NCBI GenBank assembly: GCA_965207455.1
Contig: CBDBMJ010000001.1
Location: 416,001 to 480,000 of the forward strand
Length of the DNA stretch: 64,000 nucleotides
Origin: Bdellovibrionota bacterium
GTDB taxonomy: Bacteria > Bdellovibrionota > UBA1018 > CAIPTA01 > JAALKR01
Direction of reading: 5' to 3'
The translations under genes were made by a program, and so were the position numbers. Position 1 is the first letter of the stretch. The number at the start of each line of letters is the position of its first letter. Of this stretch, positions 53,934 through 64,000 are shown piece after piece. The notes under the pieces were generated by a model that saw only the letters and a list, made by a program, of their open reading frames with translations, ran no database searches and was not told where the DNA came from.

Positions 53934-54824
53934 TCAATTTTTTTTCTGCTTTTTCCTTTTCTTGGGTTTTGCTTTCTTTTTTGTCGTTGCTTTCTTACTT
54001 CGCAACGCATCACTCCTTTGGTTATATTCGTTATTTTCTAGTTCTATGGGTTTGCGAGAGTGGATCCAGCAGAAGGCTCCAACGCCGAGGGAAAACAACG
54101 CGACGCTCATCAACTGCCCCATAGTCCAGCCTCCTATAACGAAACCCAGTTGCTTGTCTGGCTCTCGAAATAGTTCTCCAATGGAGCGGAGTATTCCATA
54201 GCTTATGCAAAAGCTTGCTCCGATGGTGCCTGGTCGTAAGTGGCGTCGCCATAAAAATTGCATAAGAAGGAATAGGAGAAAACCTTCGAGAAAGGCTTCA
54301 TAAAATTGGGAGGGGTGACGAGGGTTGGGTCCTCCTCCGGGAAAAACCATACCCCAGGACACTGTTGTTTCCCGTCCCCACAGTTCTCCGTTGATAAAGT
54401 TTGCAATGCGACCTAAGCCAAGAACTAAGGGAGTGGGTACGAGTAGCACGTCCCATAGGCGAGGTAAGGAAATGGAATATTTCCTAGAGACGTAGAGGGT
54501 GGCAAAGAAGGCACCGAAGAAGCCTCCATGAAAGGAGAGACCTCCATGCCAAACAGCAAATATTTCCCACCAGGGCCCTTGTATATAGCTGTCGAAATTA
54601 TAGAAGAGTACATAGGTGAAGCGGGCGCCGAGAATCATTCCTAGGACGAGTATGCCAAGGATGGAGTCTACTTCTTCCTTGTTGCGCATGCCTAGCCAGC
54701 GCCATTCCTTGCGCAGCCAATAATGGACGTAGAGAAAGCCTAGTAAGTATACAACTCCGTACCAGCGAATTGCTAATGGACCGAATGAAATAATAACAGG
54801 ATCGATGTTTGGGTATGTGAGCAT
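53934..54824 (-). CDS. lgt: Prolipoprotein diacylglyceryl transferase
   Basis: IRWYG, GGLSFHGG, GRIANFINGELWGR and RHPSQFYE motifs. Confidence 0.96.
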   Translation of the reverse strand: MLTYPNIDPVIISFGPLAIRWYGVVYLLGFLYVHYWLRKEWRWLGMRNKEEVDSILGILVLGMILGARFTYVLFYNFDSYIQGPWWEIFAVWHGGLSFHGGFFGAFFATLYVSRKYSISLPRLWDVLLVPTPLVLGLGRIANFINGELWGRETTVSWGMVFPGGGPNPRHPSQFYEAFLEGFLLFLLMQFLWRRHLRPGTIGASFCISYGILRSIGELFREPDKQLGFVIGGWTMGQLMSVALFSLGVGAFCWIHSRKPIELENNEYNQRSDALRSKKATTKKKAKPKKRKKQKKN

Positions 54825-54879
54825 GATTTTCTATCCAGTCTGTTTAAGTATGTGTATACTGCTATTTGTGCTTATATTT

Positions 54880-57861
54880 ATGCGACTTATGCGACTACCT
54901 GTTTTGTTCATTTTTCTTTTGTCCCTTAGTTTCGTACAAAAAAGTTTGGCTAGGGTACAGCCTTCTTTACCATGGCTCACCCTCAAAACGGACCACTTTC
55001 ACGTTCATCATACCAAAGAACAGACAGTATTTGCACAGTCTTTTGGGTTTTATTTAGAAAAACATTTACTTAGTCTTACAGTGGACCTTGCATGGACTCC
55101 TTCTACGCCCATTGATATTATTGTAAATGACAATACAGATAAATCTAACGGGTTGGCCCGTTCTTTTCCCATAAACAGTATAGAGGTATTTCCTGTGCCG
55201 TTTAGTGGAGAGTCTTCTTTGATGGAATATCATAATTGGGTGGAGGAGTTAGCGGTACATGAGCTTACCCATATTGTGGCTAACGACACTGTAAACGGGT
55301 TTTATAACGTTCTGAAAAGTATTTTTGGTACAGCTATTCGTCCCAATGGGGTTCAGCCGGGTTGGTTGACTGAGGGGTTGGCTGTTTATGAAGAAAGTCA
55401 GCTTACTTTAGGAGGGCGGGGCAGATCTGTTTTTACTGAGGCTCTTTTACGAACGATTGTTCGTTATAACAAGTTATATAGCAAAGATTATATACGACTG
55501 GATAGGCTCAACGATGGTGTATTGTGGTGGCCCGCTTCCAATACTCCCTATATTATGGGTTATGCTCTTCAGGCCTCTCTTATGCGATACTCTAAGGTTG
55601 GGCAAAGTATTCCTGGTCTTATTAGTAGTGGCAATTCTTCTCGTATTCCGTTTACGTTAAATGAAAATTTAGAAAATATTTTGGGTATGGATTGGGAGCA
55701 AGCGCTGGGTTCTTTTCAAAAAATAATAGAGCGTCGTTATAAAAAGCAAGAGATAACAAATGAAATTTGCCAACTTACTCAGGCGGGGAAATTCACGGGT
55801 GGAATGTCTCTTCACAAGAGTGGTTGGATTTATTTCATGGCCGACCATCCTGAAACAGGCACGGTATTGGCAAGAATACATAAAGATAGTCCTTGTTTAT
55901 CTAAGAAAGAGGTCGACGATCTTCGTCCTCAAAAGCAAAAGAAGCGTTTTGAAGTGTTGGTAAAAAGAATTGGGAGTAGGTCTGCAAGGGTAAGTGTTTC
56001 TCCCGACGAAAATTGGGTGGCTTATGCCAATATTGTTCGTACAGACTATACCAGTTTTAATGATATTTTTCTTTATGACATGAAAAAGAAAGAAAGTTTA
56101 CGTTTGACGTTTGAGAAACGAGCCCATTCTCCGTCATTTACTCCAGATGGTAGCCATGTTCTTTATGTGCGTAATTTGGGTGGTTATCAGAAAATAGAAA
56201 TGATGAATGTAGAGACAAAGGAAGTGCGGGATGTTTTCAAGGGAAAGGCTTTTGAGCGACTGGATACTCCTGTGCTACAGGGTGGATCTGTTTATTTTTC
56301 TCGTCACAACAACCAAGGTCAGGATGAAATTATAAAAGTCACTCAAAAAGATAAAATATTTGGCTCTCCTGTGCCAGCTATTTCTTACTCACGAAAAGGA
56401 AAACAATTTTCAGAGCGTCACCCCCATATTACACCCCAGGGGGTTATTTATTATACGGGAACGTATGGGGAAAAAACAAACGACGGTGTTCGTTGGGAAA
56501 TCTATCGTTGGCAAGCAGGCACCAAACCTCAGCGCCTTACTTGGACAATTTCGGGTCTAAGCCTCTGGCCCATACCGATTGAAACGTCCCGACAGTCTAA
56601 AGATAAACAGTCTAACGATGATTTGCTTGTAGCTGGCTACACTTTAAATGGATTTAATATTATGCGATTGTCCACCAAGAAAACCATGGGTGTGCGCCAA
56701 GCACGCAAGGGGGAAGAACCCATGCATGAATATCTTGTGGGGAAAAAAGTAGATTTGCCACCGCCCGTAGAATATAAAAATCCCTCTAAGGGCAAAACAT
56801 ATTCTTTCACACCAGCGGCTTCCTTTTGGCCAAAATATATAGTGCCCATAGGAACACTCGTAACGGACGGATTTGTGGTGGGAGGAATAACCTCTTTCCA
56901 AGACCCTTTTGATCACAAAGCCATTCTAGCTTTGGGAATGTATGATTCACGGGCAGATTTCCCCACCTATTCTCTAAGCTACATACATGCATTTGATAGT
57001 ATCGTTCCTCGTATAACTATTGCCCAAAGCAATAACTATATCAGTAGCTTTCAAAGTAGTAATCGTTATAATTCATACGGAATTAACTTTCTTATTCCAC
57101 GTGGATTTTTTTCCTTCAGCAGTGGTTTTGATTATGAGGTGAGTGAATACTTGGGTGTTACTCGAAAAACTCCTTCTGCTTTTTTTAATTTTCGTATGGG
57201 TTTTGTGAGGGCGAAATCCTCCCTTTCCAATAGGGGCTTTAAGATGGGGAGTTCTCTTGTGTACTATCCACCGAGTAATGAGGAGGAGTCGTTTTGGAGG
57301 ATATCTCCTGGCGTTGAGTTATATTTTTCTGGCTTGAGTAAAAGCCATAATTTGGGTTTGCAGGCAAATGTTGGATTTTTTTCTAACGATGCTCCCCCTA
57401 ATAAATTTTTTCTAGGTGGTGGTGAATCCACTGAACTCTCTTTTGGCAGTAAAAGTTCATCTTATGAAGTGCGAGGCTATCCCATTGGAACTTTATTTGG
57501 AAAAAAAATCGTTACATTGAACTTAAACTATACCGTTCCCTTGGGTTATCCGCAGTTGGGTTGGGATGTGCACCCCATATTTTTTGAGCAAACGGGTGTT
57601 CGTCTTTTACTGGATGCGGGGTCAGCCAGTGAGATGGGGAAGTATTCTAACGATGGTGAAAGCTTCTTAGGTTACAAAACCAACTCTTTTGGAAAGAATT
57701 TTATTTTTAGCAGTAGTTTGGAATTTTTACTTGGCACAAAGGTTGCTTATTCTTTGCCTCTGTTATTTCGTTTGGGGTTGCACCGGGGATGGAATAAGAG
57801 TTTTGGTGGAGAGACTCGCGTATTTTTCGGGGTCAAGGTGAAATTGCCGGGTCGATTGTAA
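54880..57861 (+). CDS. Outer-membrane protein: gluzincin-like domain, PD40 propeller, Omp85-like barrel
   Basis: HELTH...WLTEGLA; SPSFTPDG; VRGY barrel motif; start uncertain. Confidence 0.72.
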   Translation: MRLMRLPVLFIFLLSLSFVQKSLARVQPSLPWLTLKTDHFHVHHTKEQTVFAQSFGFYLEKHLLSLTVDLAWTPSTPIDIIVNDNTDKSNGLARSFPINSIEVFPVPFSGESSLMEYHNWVEELAVHELTHIVANDTVNGFYNVLKSIFGTAIRPNGVQPGWLTEGLAVYEESQLTLGGRGRSVFTEALLRTIVRYNKLYSKDYIRLDRLNDGVLWWPASNTPYIMGYALQASLMRYSKVGQSIPGLISSGNSSRIPFTLNENLENILGMDWEQALGSFQKIIERRYKKQEITNEICQLTQAGKFTGGMSLHKSGWIYFMADHPETGTVLARIHKDSPCLSKKEVDDLRPQKQKKRFEVLVKRIGSRSARVSVSPDENWVAYANIVRTDYTSFNDIFLYDMKKKESLRLTFEKRAHSPSFTPDGSHVLYVRNLGGYQKIEMMNVETKEVRDVFKGKAFERLDTPVLQGGSVYFSRHNNQGQDEIIKVTQKDKIFGSPVPAISYSRKGKQFSERHPHITPQGVIYYTGTYGEKTNDGVRWEIYRWQAGTKPQRLTWTISGLSLWPIPIETSRQSKDKQSNDDLLVAGYTLNGFNIMRLSTKKTMGVRQARKGEEPMHEYLVGKKVDLPPPVEYKNPSKGKTYSFTPAASFWPKYIVPIGTLVTDGFVVGGITSFQDPFDHKAILALGMYDSRADFPTYSLSYIHAFDSIVPRITIAQSNNYISSFQSSNRYNSYGINFLIPRGFFSFSSGFDYEVSEYLGVTRKTPSAFFNFRMGFVRAKSSLSNRGFKMGSSLVYYPPSNEEESFWRISPGVELYFSGLSKSHNLGLQANVGFFSNDAPPNKFFLGGGESTELSFGSKSSSYEVRGYPIGTLFGKKIVTLNLNYTVPLGYPQLGWDVHPIFFEQTGVRLLLDAGSASEMGKYSNDGESFLGYKTNSFGKNFIFSSSLEFLLGTKVAYSLPLLFRLGLHRGWNKSFGGETRVFFGVKVKLPGRL

Positions 57862-57919
57862 GTATTTATTTTTTCATAGTTCCCGTACTTTGGCACGTTT
57901 TTTGCTATACAGGATTGGT

Positions 57920-58300
57920 ATGAAACATAGTGGACTCAACTCACGTCAAGTTCGCGGATCCAAAAGCGAGATCTTTGTATCCCATTGGTTAGAAGCCCAT
58001 GGCTGGAGGGTTCATTTCCGAAACTACTGGAGTGCTTGGGGGGAGATTGATTTGATTGCTCGTGAGAAAGATTGTCTTGTATTTTTGGAGGTTCGTTACC
58101 GTAGTTCTTCCACTCCATTTTCTTCTGCCATAGAAAGCGTGGATTGGAAAAAACAGCGACGAATTATCCGCACTGCCCATGCTTTTTTACGCAACCATAA
58201 GGTACATTTTTGGGAAAAGCAGGGCATCCAAGAATTTCGTTTTGACATAGTGGGTTTAGACGGCAGGAATCTGGAGCATTTGCGCAACGCTTTCTCTTAA
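57920..58300 (+). CDS. yraN: YraN/UPF0102 family protein
   Basis: GEIDLIA, LVFLEVRYR and RFDIV motifs. Confidence 0.9.
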   Translation: MKHSGLNSRQVRGSKSEIFVSHWLEAHGWRVHFRNYWSAWGEIDLIAREKDCLVFLEVRYRSSSTPFSSAIESVDWKKQRRIIRTAHAFLRNHKVHFWEKQGIQEFRFDIVGLDGRNLEHLRNAFS

Positions 58301-58454
58301 ATGCCACGTCCCATCCTCAGTACTCATTGTTCTGCATTAGAGAAATTTTTACTTTTTTATTGAATATTTTTTTATACATAATAACGTTTTACCTGTAAGG
58401 TGTGGCAATGGGCTTCGCTAACAAAACTTAACTAAAGAAAGAGGAGAAATAATT

Positions 58455-58880
58455 ATGAAAAAGAAAAATAATATGAAAAAGTATCTAACGCTAACTGCTG
58501 TAGCTCTTGCTTGTTTTGGAGTAGCATCTGTATCATTCGCAAAAGATGAATGCTCTCTAAAACTAGATTGGACCTGCAAATCACTTACGCCGAGTCATAA
58601 AGCACACGATCAATACTCTGGTTGCTTTGCTTCTGCAGGAGTATGTGAAACTGGTGAAGTTTTATCTTGTAGTTTGGATCCAAATCAGATGGATAGTGCC
58701 AAGTATCGGAATGAATGCGCTGCGTGCGTTGATACAAACAATAGTGTTTTGGAAGTTACTTGTTCTGATGGTGACCACTCGCGTAGGCAGATTGTCAAGA
58801 GGTGTCCTGCTAAAAGTAACTTCTTGAACTTGGAAGTTTATTCAATAATTCCTGAAGCTCCTGAAGATCCGGCTAACTAA
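58455..58880 (+). CDS. Cys-rich secreted protein
   Basis: Signal peptide ending VSFA; many Cys; GAGGAG RBS. Confidence 0.7.
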   Translation: MKKKNNMKKYLTLTAVALACFGVASVSFAKDECSLKLDWTCKSLTPSHKAHDQYSGCFASAGVCETGEVLSCSLDPNQMDSAKYRNECAACVDTNNSVLEVTCSDGDHSRRQIVKRCPAKSNFLNLEVYSIIPEAPEDPAN

Positions 58881-58907
58881 TTCAACAAAATTAATTAATA
58901 AGGATGG

Positions 58908-58929
58908 GCACAGTACAGATGTACTGTGC
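58908..58929. terminator. Perfect hairpin between convergent genes
   Basis: GCACAGTACA-GA-TGTACTGTGC. Confidence 0.55.
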
Positions 58930-58975
58930 TTTAGGACTCCATGGAAAAAGCTGACTGGCTGTAAGCTGACTAGTT

Positions 58976-59206
58976 TTAAGCTGCTTGGTCTGCTTTGTGT
59001 CTTTGCAGGTCAAAGAAGTCGCTCATGTCGGGAAAGTCTTCTTCCGATATGTTTGCTTTTTCTTCAGCTTTCATTCGAGAGGTATATATCTCTCCTTCCA
59101 GTTCAGTGAACATATATATGTCTGCACCTAAGCGTTGGTAGAGAACCTTGGCTAGCTGGGATTTTTCTTGGTTACACGGTCTTTTGTTACTTTGTTTTTT
59201 AGTCAT
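58976..59206 (-). CDS. Small hypothetical protein
   Basis: AGGAGG RBS before MTKKQS; downstream of ssb. Confidence 0.55.
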   Translation of the reverse strand: MTKKQSNKRPCNQEKSQLAKVLYQRLGADIYMFTELEGEIYTSRMKAEEKANISEEDFPDMSDFFDLQRHKADQAA

Positions 59207-59311
59207 GATGAAACTCCTCCTAAGTTTGATGTATTCTGTGAGAGAATTCCTTCCTCTCACAGTGCTTACATGTCTTTTCGACGGTTTGCTTAAAAGCTTA
59301 AGTATTATTTT

Positions 59312-59695
59312 TTATTTTTTTTCTTCAGTGCTTTCAACATCTTCCGACCCTTTTTTATTTTGACTGAGGAATTTAACATCATCGGCGTGGATTTCAGTTT
59401 TCCAATGGGTGTTATTATCGGAGTCCTGCCAGCTAGATTTTTGTAGCTGACCTTCTATATATACACGGTCTCCTTTGTTGAGGAATTTTGCGCAGTTTTC
59501 TGCTCGCTTTCCCCAGGTGACTGTGTGGTGCCATTCGGTATGTTCTTCCCACTCTCCGTTGTTGTTTTTTGTATTACGGCTAGTGGCAATTGCTAAATTT
59601 ACTACAGCAGTGCCTTTCCCTGTATAGCGAAGTTCGGGATTGGTTCCCAAATTTCCGATTAGTATTACTTTATTTAGGTTATTTTGCGTACTCAT
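59312..59695 (-). CDS. ssb: Single-stranded DNA-binding protein (short tail)
   Basis: NKVILIGNLG..PELRYT, TEWH and KGDRVYIEG motifs. Confidence 0.93.
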   Translation of the reverse strand: MSTQNNLNKVILIGNLGTNPELRYTGKGTAVVNLAIATSRNTKNNNGEWEEHTEWHHTVTWGKRAENCAKFLNKGDRVYIEGQLQKSSWQDSDNNTHWKTEIHADDVKFLSQNKKGSEDVESTEEKK

Positions 59696-59827
59696 ATTTT
59701 TCTCCTATAGTTAGTTATGGTTTATTTTCATAGGAAACGAGTTCTGCAAGATGTGTACTATGGTGCCAGTAGGGGGAAGGGTGCTGGAGTGGGTTGGTGT
59801 ATGTACGGTGTAGGAAATTCCTACATG

Positions 59828-60712
59828 TTAGTGTGTTCTTTTTTGGTTGTATAGGGCAATTTCTCGCAGGTGCTTAGCGGAGCTTCCCCATGTGTCTAAA
59901 CTTTTAATGGCTTTTTCCGTAGTAGTCACTAAGTACATAGCTGCTTCCTCTTTGCCTAAAATAGCTGGAAAGCCAGTGGACTCTGGAGATTTGGGATCAT
60001 AGTCGAGCAAGTCGTCTTTGATTTGAAAGGCAAGTCCTAGATTTTCTCCGTATGTCGCAAGATTTTTTTGCTCTTGTTCAGAGGATTGTATTAAGTGGGC
60101 TGCTCCCATGATGGACACTTTTATAAGGTCTCCTGTTTTTCGGTTGTGTAATTCTTTTACTTCTTCCATGGTCAAGGTTTGAGAGAGATCTTTTTGTATT
60201 TTTAAATCCATGGCTTGCCCACGAACCATGCCTCGTAGGCCAATGGCAAAGGCTAGGTTTTCTATGAGGAGTCTTGCTTTATCGGGAATATGGGAATATT
60301 CCTTGGACAAGATATAAAAGGCTTCTGTGAGTAGGGCGTCTCCCGCAAGGAGTGCAATATCTTCCCCGAATACGGTGTGGTTACTGGGTTTACCTCTACG
60401 TTGGGAATCGTTGTCGAGTGCGGGTAAATCGTCGTGAATTAAGGAATAGGTATGTGCCATTTCCACGCTTGTGGCAAATGCCAGTACGTCTTTGGCTTCT
60501 CCACCCAGTGCTTCTGCGGTAAGTATGGTAAGCACAGGACGAAAGCATTTTCCTGGATTGAGGGCAGAATAACAGATGGAGTCCTCTAAATCTTTTGCGC
60601 CACTTAGGGAGGAGGGTATTTGTATATTTTTCAAGTAAGATGAGAAATATTCTTTCACCACTGTGGCTTTATTTTGAATAACCGTATCAATGGACATTTT
60701 CTGTTCCTCCAC
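59828..60712 (-). CDS. ispA: Polyprenyl (farnesyl/geranylgeranyl) diphosphate synthase
   Basis: HDDLPALDND..RRGKP and GLAFQIKDDLLD motifs. Confidence 0.9.
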   Translation of the reverse strand: MEEQKMSIDTVIQNKATVVKEYFSSYLKNIQIPSSLSGAKDLEDSICYSALNPGKCFRPVLTILTAEALGGEAKDVLAFATSVEMAHTYSLIHDDLPALDNDSQRRGKPSNHTVFGEDIALLAGDALLTEAFYILSKEYSHIPDKARLLIENLAFAIGLRGMVRGQAMDLKIQKDLSQTLTMEEVKELHNRKTGDLIKVSIMGAAHLIQSSEQEQKNLATYGENLGLAFQIKDDLLDYDPKSPESTGFPAILGKEEAAMYLVTTTEKAIKSLDTWGSSAKHLREIALYNQKRTH

Positions 60713-61592
60713 AAGGAATCAATTGGGAGTGAAGGGATTGGGGAGGTTCCTCTTGCCAAAGGGTTAATAAATGACCTCCGCCACCTGAACCAGTGGGCTT
60801 TACCGCTGCACAACCTTGGGTGAATAAATAATCCATTTTCTCTTTATCTTGAGTACTGATTAAGTCCCATTGCTCAAAGCAAGAAGCAGCTCTATTGGTT
60901 GCTTCCACAAGAAGGGGGAAGCCTTCCTCAGCATTGGTTTTTTGTAAAGATTGTTGGGCAAGCTCCACGCTTTTTGCCATACTTTCGTCAATTTTTTTCC
61001 CCAAGACTTTATCTTTTTCCCATAGGCGTGCCACCTTTTGTACCGACTCAGACGTAATAGCCTGCCTACCAGAATAATATAAATACCATTTTGGCTGCCA
61101 GTTTTTTTCAATCAATTGGTATTTTTTATTCTCAAAGAGAATTCCCTCTCCCGTACAAGCCGCAGCTATATCCACACCGCTACTTGTTCCATGGAAAATA
61201 TTTTCTAGCTTACGGGCAAAGCTCCATATTTCACTTTCTGCCAGGTATCCCTTCCACTGAAAAAATCTTGCCATACTTACACAAAGAGCAGCCGATGCAC
61301 CTAGGCCAGCACCTAGGGGAATGGTAGACGAGAGACTACATTTTCCCTTAAAATCCTTATTTTCCATACCCAAGGTTTTCTTGGCTTGGTAAAAAGCCTT
61401 ATTCCATAGGAGAGGCCAGATGGAATATTCTCCATCTAGGTGCTCGATGGAAAAAATATCGTCTGTATCTTGATAGGAAAACGTTAAGGAACGATTTTTC
61501 ACGGGAAACACTAGGGCTGGATACCCTCGAATAACAGAGTGTTCTCCAGCTAAAATCCATTTTCCATAGACGGTGGTATTAAAAGTCATCAT
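60687..61592 (-). CDS. mvk: Mevalonate kinase
   Basis: GKWILAGEHSV, PLGAGLGASAA, HGTSSGVD and KPTGSGGGG motifs. Confidence 0.85.
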   Translation of the reverse strand: MMTFNTTVYGKWILAGEHSVIRGYPALVFPVKNRSLTFSYQDTDDIFSIEHLDGEYSIWPLLWNKAFYQAKKTLGMENKDFKGKCSLSSTIPLGAGLGASAALCVSMARFFQWKGYLAESEIWSFARKLENIFHGTSSGVDIAAACTGEGILFENKKYQLIEKNWQPKWYLYYSGRQAITSESVQKVARLWEKDKVLGKKIDESMAKSVELAQQSLQKTNAEEGFPLLVEATNRAASCFEQWDLISTQDKEKMDYLFTQGCAAVKPTGSGGGGHLLTLWQEEPPQSLHSQLIPCGGTENVH

Positions 61593-62560
61593 TTCATCTC
61601 TATGTTTGAAAAACAAAGGTATCGAGTTCCAAACAATCCTCTAATAGCCTCCATGACATGTTTTTGATCGGGTCGGTAGAGGAGGTGAACGTTGGGTCCA
61701 GCGTCCATAGTTATTAGTGGTCCATCATTTTCCTTTATCCAATAGGAATATACTTCTTTTAGTACTATTTTAGAGTCTGGGGTAATATAGGAAAAAGATG
61801 GATTGCTGGATCGAAAGAGAGCATGCATATCCCAAAATTCCTCCCAGCAAATTTCAAAAGCTCTTTGCCAGTTATACGATTGGAAATTATTTATCAATTC
61901 TTCCTTACGATTTTGTGCACGCTCGGCACGACCAGCAAACAAAGCACTGCTGCTTACCCGTTGGTGAGCCACTCCTGAAGAAACTTTCTTTTCTTTTTCG
62001 TCGGTAATTACCACTTGGTGGTATAAATTCTTATAGGGCAAATCCAGGGCACTGGCTCCCGTAGAGGACCACACAGACCAGGGTCGGAAAAAAGATCGAC
62101 AGGAGGATCCAGAACCCCTTTGACTAAGAAGGCTCAACTGCTTTCTTGAATAGGGTTTAGCTTTCTCTCCCACACAACCACGAATGGCTTTTTCTGCTGC
62201 ATACGTGAGGGCAGCAAAACTAGAAGCTGAACTGGCAAGACCACAACCAAAAGGGAAATTGTTTTTAGAGCGAACAATAAAGTTTCCTTGAAATCCTAAT
62301 TCACCCTTCAAAAAATGTAAGTGCTTTAAAAATCTGTCTTGCGACTTTTGGGGAAGAAGGAATTTGCTTTCAGAGTCTAGGGGTTTCCATATATCATGGG
62401 GTCCGTTGTATAGCTCCAACTCCACATGGCTTTTTAAATTGTCCAAAGTATAGGAAAGGGAATCATTGATGGGTTGATTTTGAGTATGGTCGGTTTTTCC
62501 CATATACTTAATTAAAGCAATATTGGAGGGCGCCCATGCTGTCCAAGTCGATGGCTTCAT
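61589..62560 (-). CDS. mvaD: Diphosphomevalonate decarboxylase
   Basis: PSNIALIKYMGK, GLASSASSFAA, GSGSSCRS and TMDAGPNVH motifs. Confidence 0.92.
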   Translation of the reverse strand: MKPSTWTAWAPSNIALIKYMGKTDHTQNQPINDSLSYTLDNLKSHVELELYNGPHDIWKPLDSESKFLLPQKSQDRFLKHLHFLKGELGFQGNFIVRSKNNFPFGCGLASSASSFAALTYAAEKAIRGCVGEKAKPYSRKQLSLLSQRGSGSSCRSFFRPWSVWSSTGASALDLPYKNLYHQVVITDEKEKKVSSGVAHQRVSSSALFAGRAERAQNRKEELINNFQSYNWQRAFEICWEEFWDMHALFRSSNPSFSYITPDSKIVLKEVYSYWIKENDGPLITMDAGPNVHLLYRPDQKHVMEAIRGLFGTRYLCFSNIEMK

Positions 62561-63477
62561 GCACTCCCCAACAATCCAGGCACAAGTTCCAGGGAAGTGG
62601 CAAAAGGAGAAAGACCTAAATTTTCTGCCCTTCTGTGAATTTCTTTTTCTTCATTTGTTGTATATAGAACACACACCACGTCCATTCCTAGAGCTCCACA
62701 GCCTTTTATCAAACGAACACAGGGCCATGCACTTATGGTTTCTGCCAACCGACGAGTTTCCTCACAAATTAATTTTTTTTCTCCCAATTTTTCCATAAAA
62801 ATTCTCATATTTTCTAGGAAAGATTCTTCATCCTTCCTTTTCATATTGTCCCAAATACTCTCCACCAACTGATCTAAAAAGTCATCTGGTTTCAACTCCA
62901 GTGTACTTAAATGCTCATGGGTCGCAACCTTATGACCTGTATGAAAAAGGCTAAAACTAATGCCAGAGAAGGGCCATGCCATCTGCTCCAGACGAGCAGC
63001 CTCTTTGTGGTAAAAGGTGATGGGTCCGCCTAGGAGTTGAGCTATTACGTCGGCTCCACTGGGAGGAGTGCCGAGGCCGTTCCAGGCTGCTGCGAGATAT
63101 TCTTGGTGGAGGTTGGAGTAGGGGCTGTTTTCTTTGGGGCTGTTTTTTAGATTTTCTTTCAGGTTGTTTTTTTGATTTTCTTTCAGAAAATAACAAAATG
63201 CAAACTGAGCGCTCGATGCGCCCAAGCCTCCCTTGCCCCCATGGGGGTCTTTAAACCGAATCACCATGTTTTGAAAAAAATCCTTGTACTTGTCCATAAA
63301 TTTTCCCGCAGGGCTAGCAGCAGAAATACCATCTTTCCTTTTCTCTTGAACCTCTTTAGAGGAGCCTACCTCTAGGGTAAACTTAGGGGCTGTATTGATC
63401 ACAATGGCCGGACCTCCAAAGGGAGCCACATACTCACCCGCAAGAAATGTTTTACTGGGAATAGCGAAGGTTTCCAT
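62557..63477 (-). CDS. GHMP kinase, probable phosphomevalonate kinase
   Basis: SKTFLAGEY, GLGASSA, PSGAD and KGCGALG motifs; mevalonate operon context. Confidence 0.75.
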   Translation of the reverse strand: METFAIPSKTFLAGEYVAPFGGPAIVINTAPKFTLEVGSSKEVQEKRKDGISAASPAGKFMDKYKDFFQNMVIRFKDPHGGKGGLGASSAQFAFCYFLKENQKNNLKENLKNSPKENSPYSNLHQEYLAAAWNGLGTPPSGADVIAQLLGGPITFYHKEAARLEQMAWPFSGISFSLFHTGHKVATHEHLSTLELKPDDFLDQLVESIWDNMKRKDEESFLENMRIFMEKLGEKKLICEETRRLAETISAWPCVRLIKGCGALGMDVVCVLYTTNEEKEIHRRAENLGLSPFATSLELVPGLLGSA

Positions 63478-63478
63478 T

Positions 63479-64000
63479 TTATGTTTTCCTATAGGAATAT
63501 TTGCCGTCTTTTTGTAAATCATTAAGAACTTGGCTGCCTGTACAAAACATGGCCACCTTTAATTCAAACTCCAAAAGCTCCATTCGTCGGAGTAATTGTT
63601 CTTTGTCGACCAAAGCTGCCTCCATTATTGGCTTTGCAAAACCCACCATTGTTGATCCAAGGGCAAGCAATTTGGCTGCATCCAATCCCGTCCTTACACC
63701 GCCAGAAGCCCAAACTTCATAGGAGGGTTGGAGAGATAGGGCCTCCATAATAGAATCCACTGTGCTAATTCCCCAGTTCTTAAATGTTTGGGCTGCCATA
63801 TTGTATTTGCTGCCTCTAGTGGAACGTTTTCCTTCCACTCGTCCCCAATGGGTGCCACCCAAACCACTGATATCCACTGCATAGACTCCCGTATTGTTTA
63901 GACTCTTCAGAGTGGAACGGGAGAACCCACAACCCGTTTCCTTGAGAATCACCGGCACAGGTAAGTCTTTTACTAATTTTTCTAGAGCATGCAGTCCACC
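63479..64000 (-). CDS. fni: Type 2 isopentenyl-diphosphate isomerase (5' end beyond window)
   Basis: PVILKETGCG, GLGGTHW and ASGGVRTGLD motifs; frame open to the window edge. Confidence 0.9.
   Translation of the reverse strand, partial: GGLHALEKLVKDLPVPVILKETGCGFSRSTLKSLNNTGVYAVDISGLGGTHWGRVEGKRSTRGSKYNMAAQTFKNWGISTVDSIMEALSLQPSYEVWASGGVRTGLDAAKLLALGSTMVGFAKPIMEAALVDKEQLLRRMELLEFELKVAMFCTGSQVLNDLQKDGKYSYRKT

Noticed and set aside
53725..53937. 70-aa ORF
   Set aside because: Overlaps tRNA-Phe.

Overview
The window is probably from a Bdellovibrionota-like bacterium. This is inferred from the mevalonate operon, an HD-GYP regulator and many Cys-rich secreted proteins. Housekeeping blocks lie at about 5.8-12.7 kb (gshA, CBS/CGL, rpmG, ogt, DTW protein, ferredoxin) and 53.8-64 kb (tRNA-Phe, lgt, Omp85-like protein, yraN, ssb, ispA, mevalonate genes). 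Between them is a ~41 kb accessory island ending at tRNA-Phe. The island holds a DUF2779-like nuclease next to a DSR1-like sirtuin, an orphan SngA-like TerB protein, and a nine-gene isonitrile (pvcABC-like) cluster with unusual ring-cleavage and amidotransferase tailoring genes. It also holds an intact compact type II-C CRISPR-Cas9 locus (26 spacers) bracketed by an exact 49-bp direct repeat, several IS elements or remnants, and stacked tRNA-Phe 3'-end copies alternating with secreted-protein genes. All calls come from motif recognition by eye; no database searches were run.
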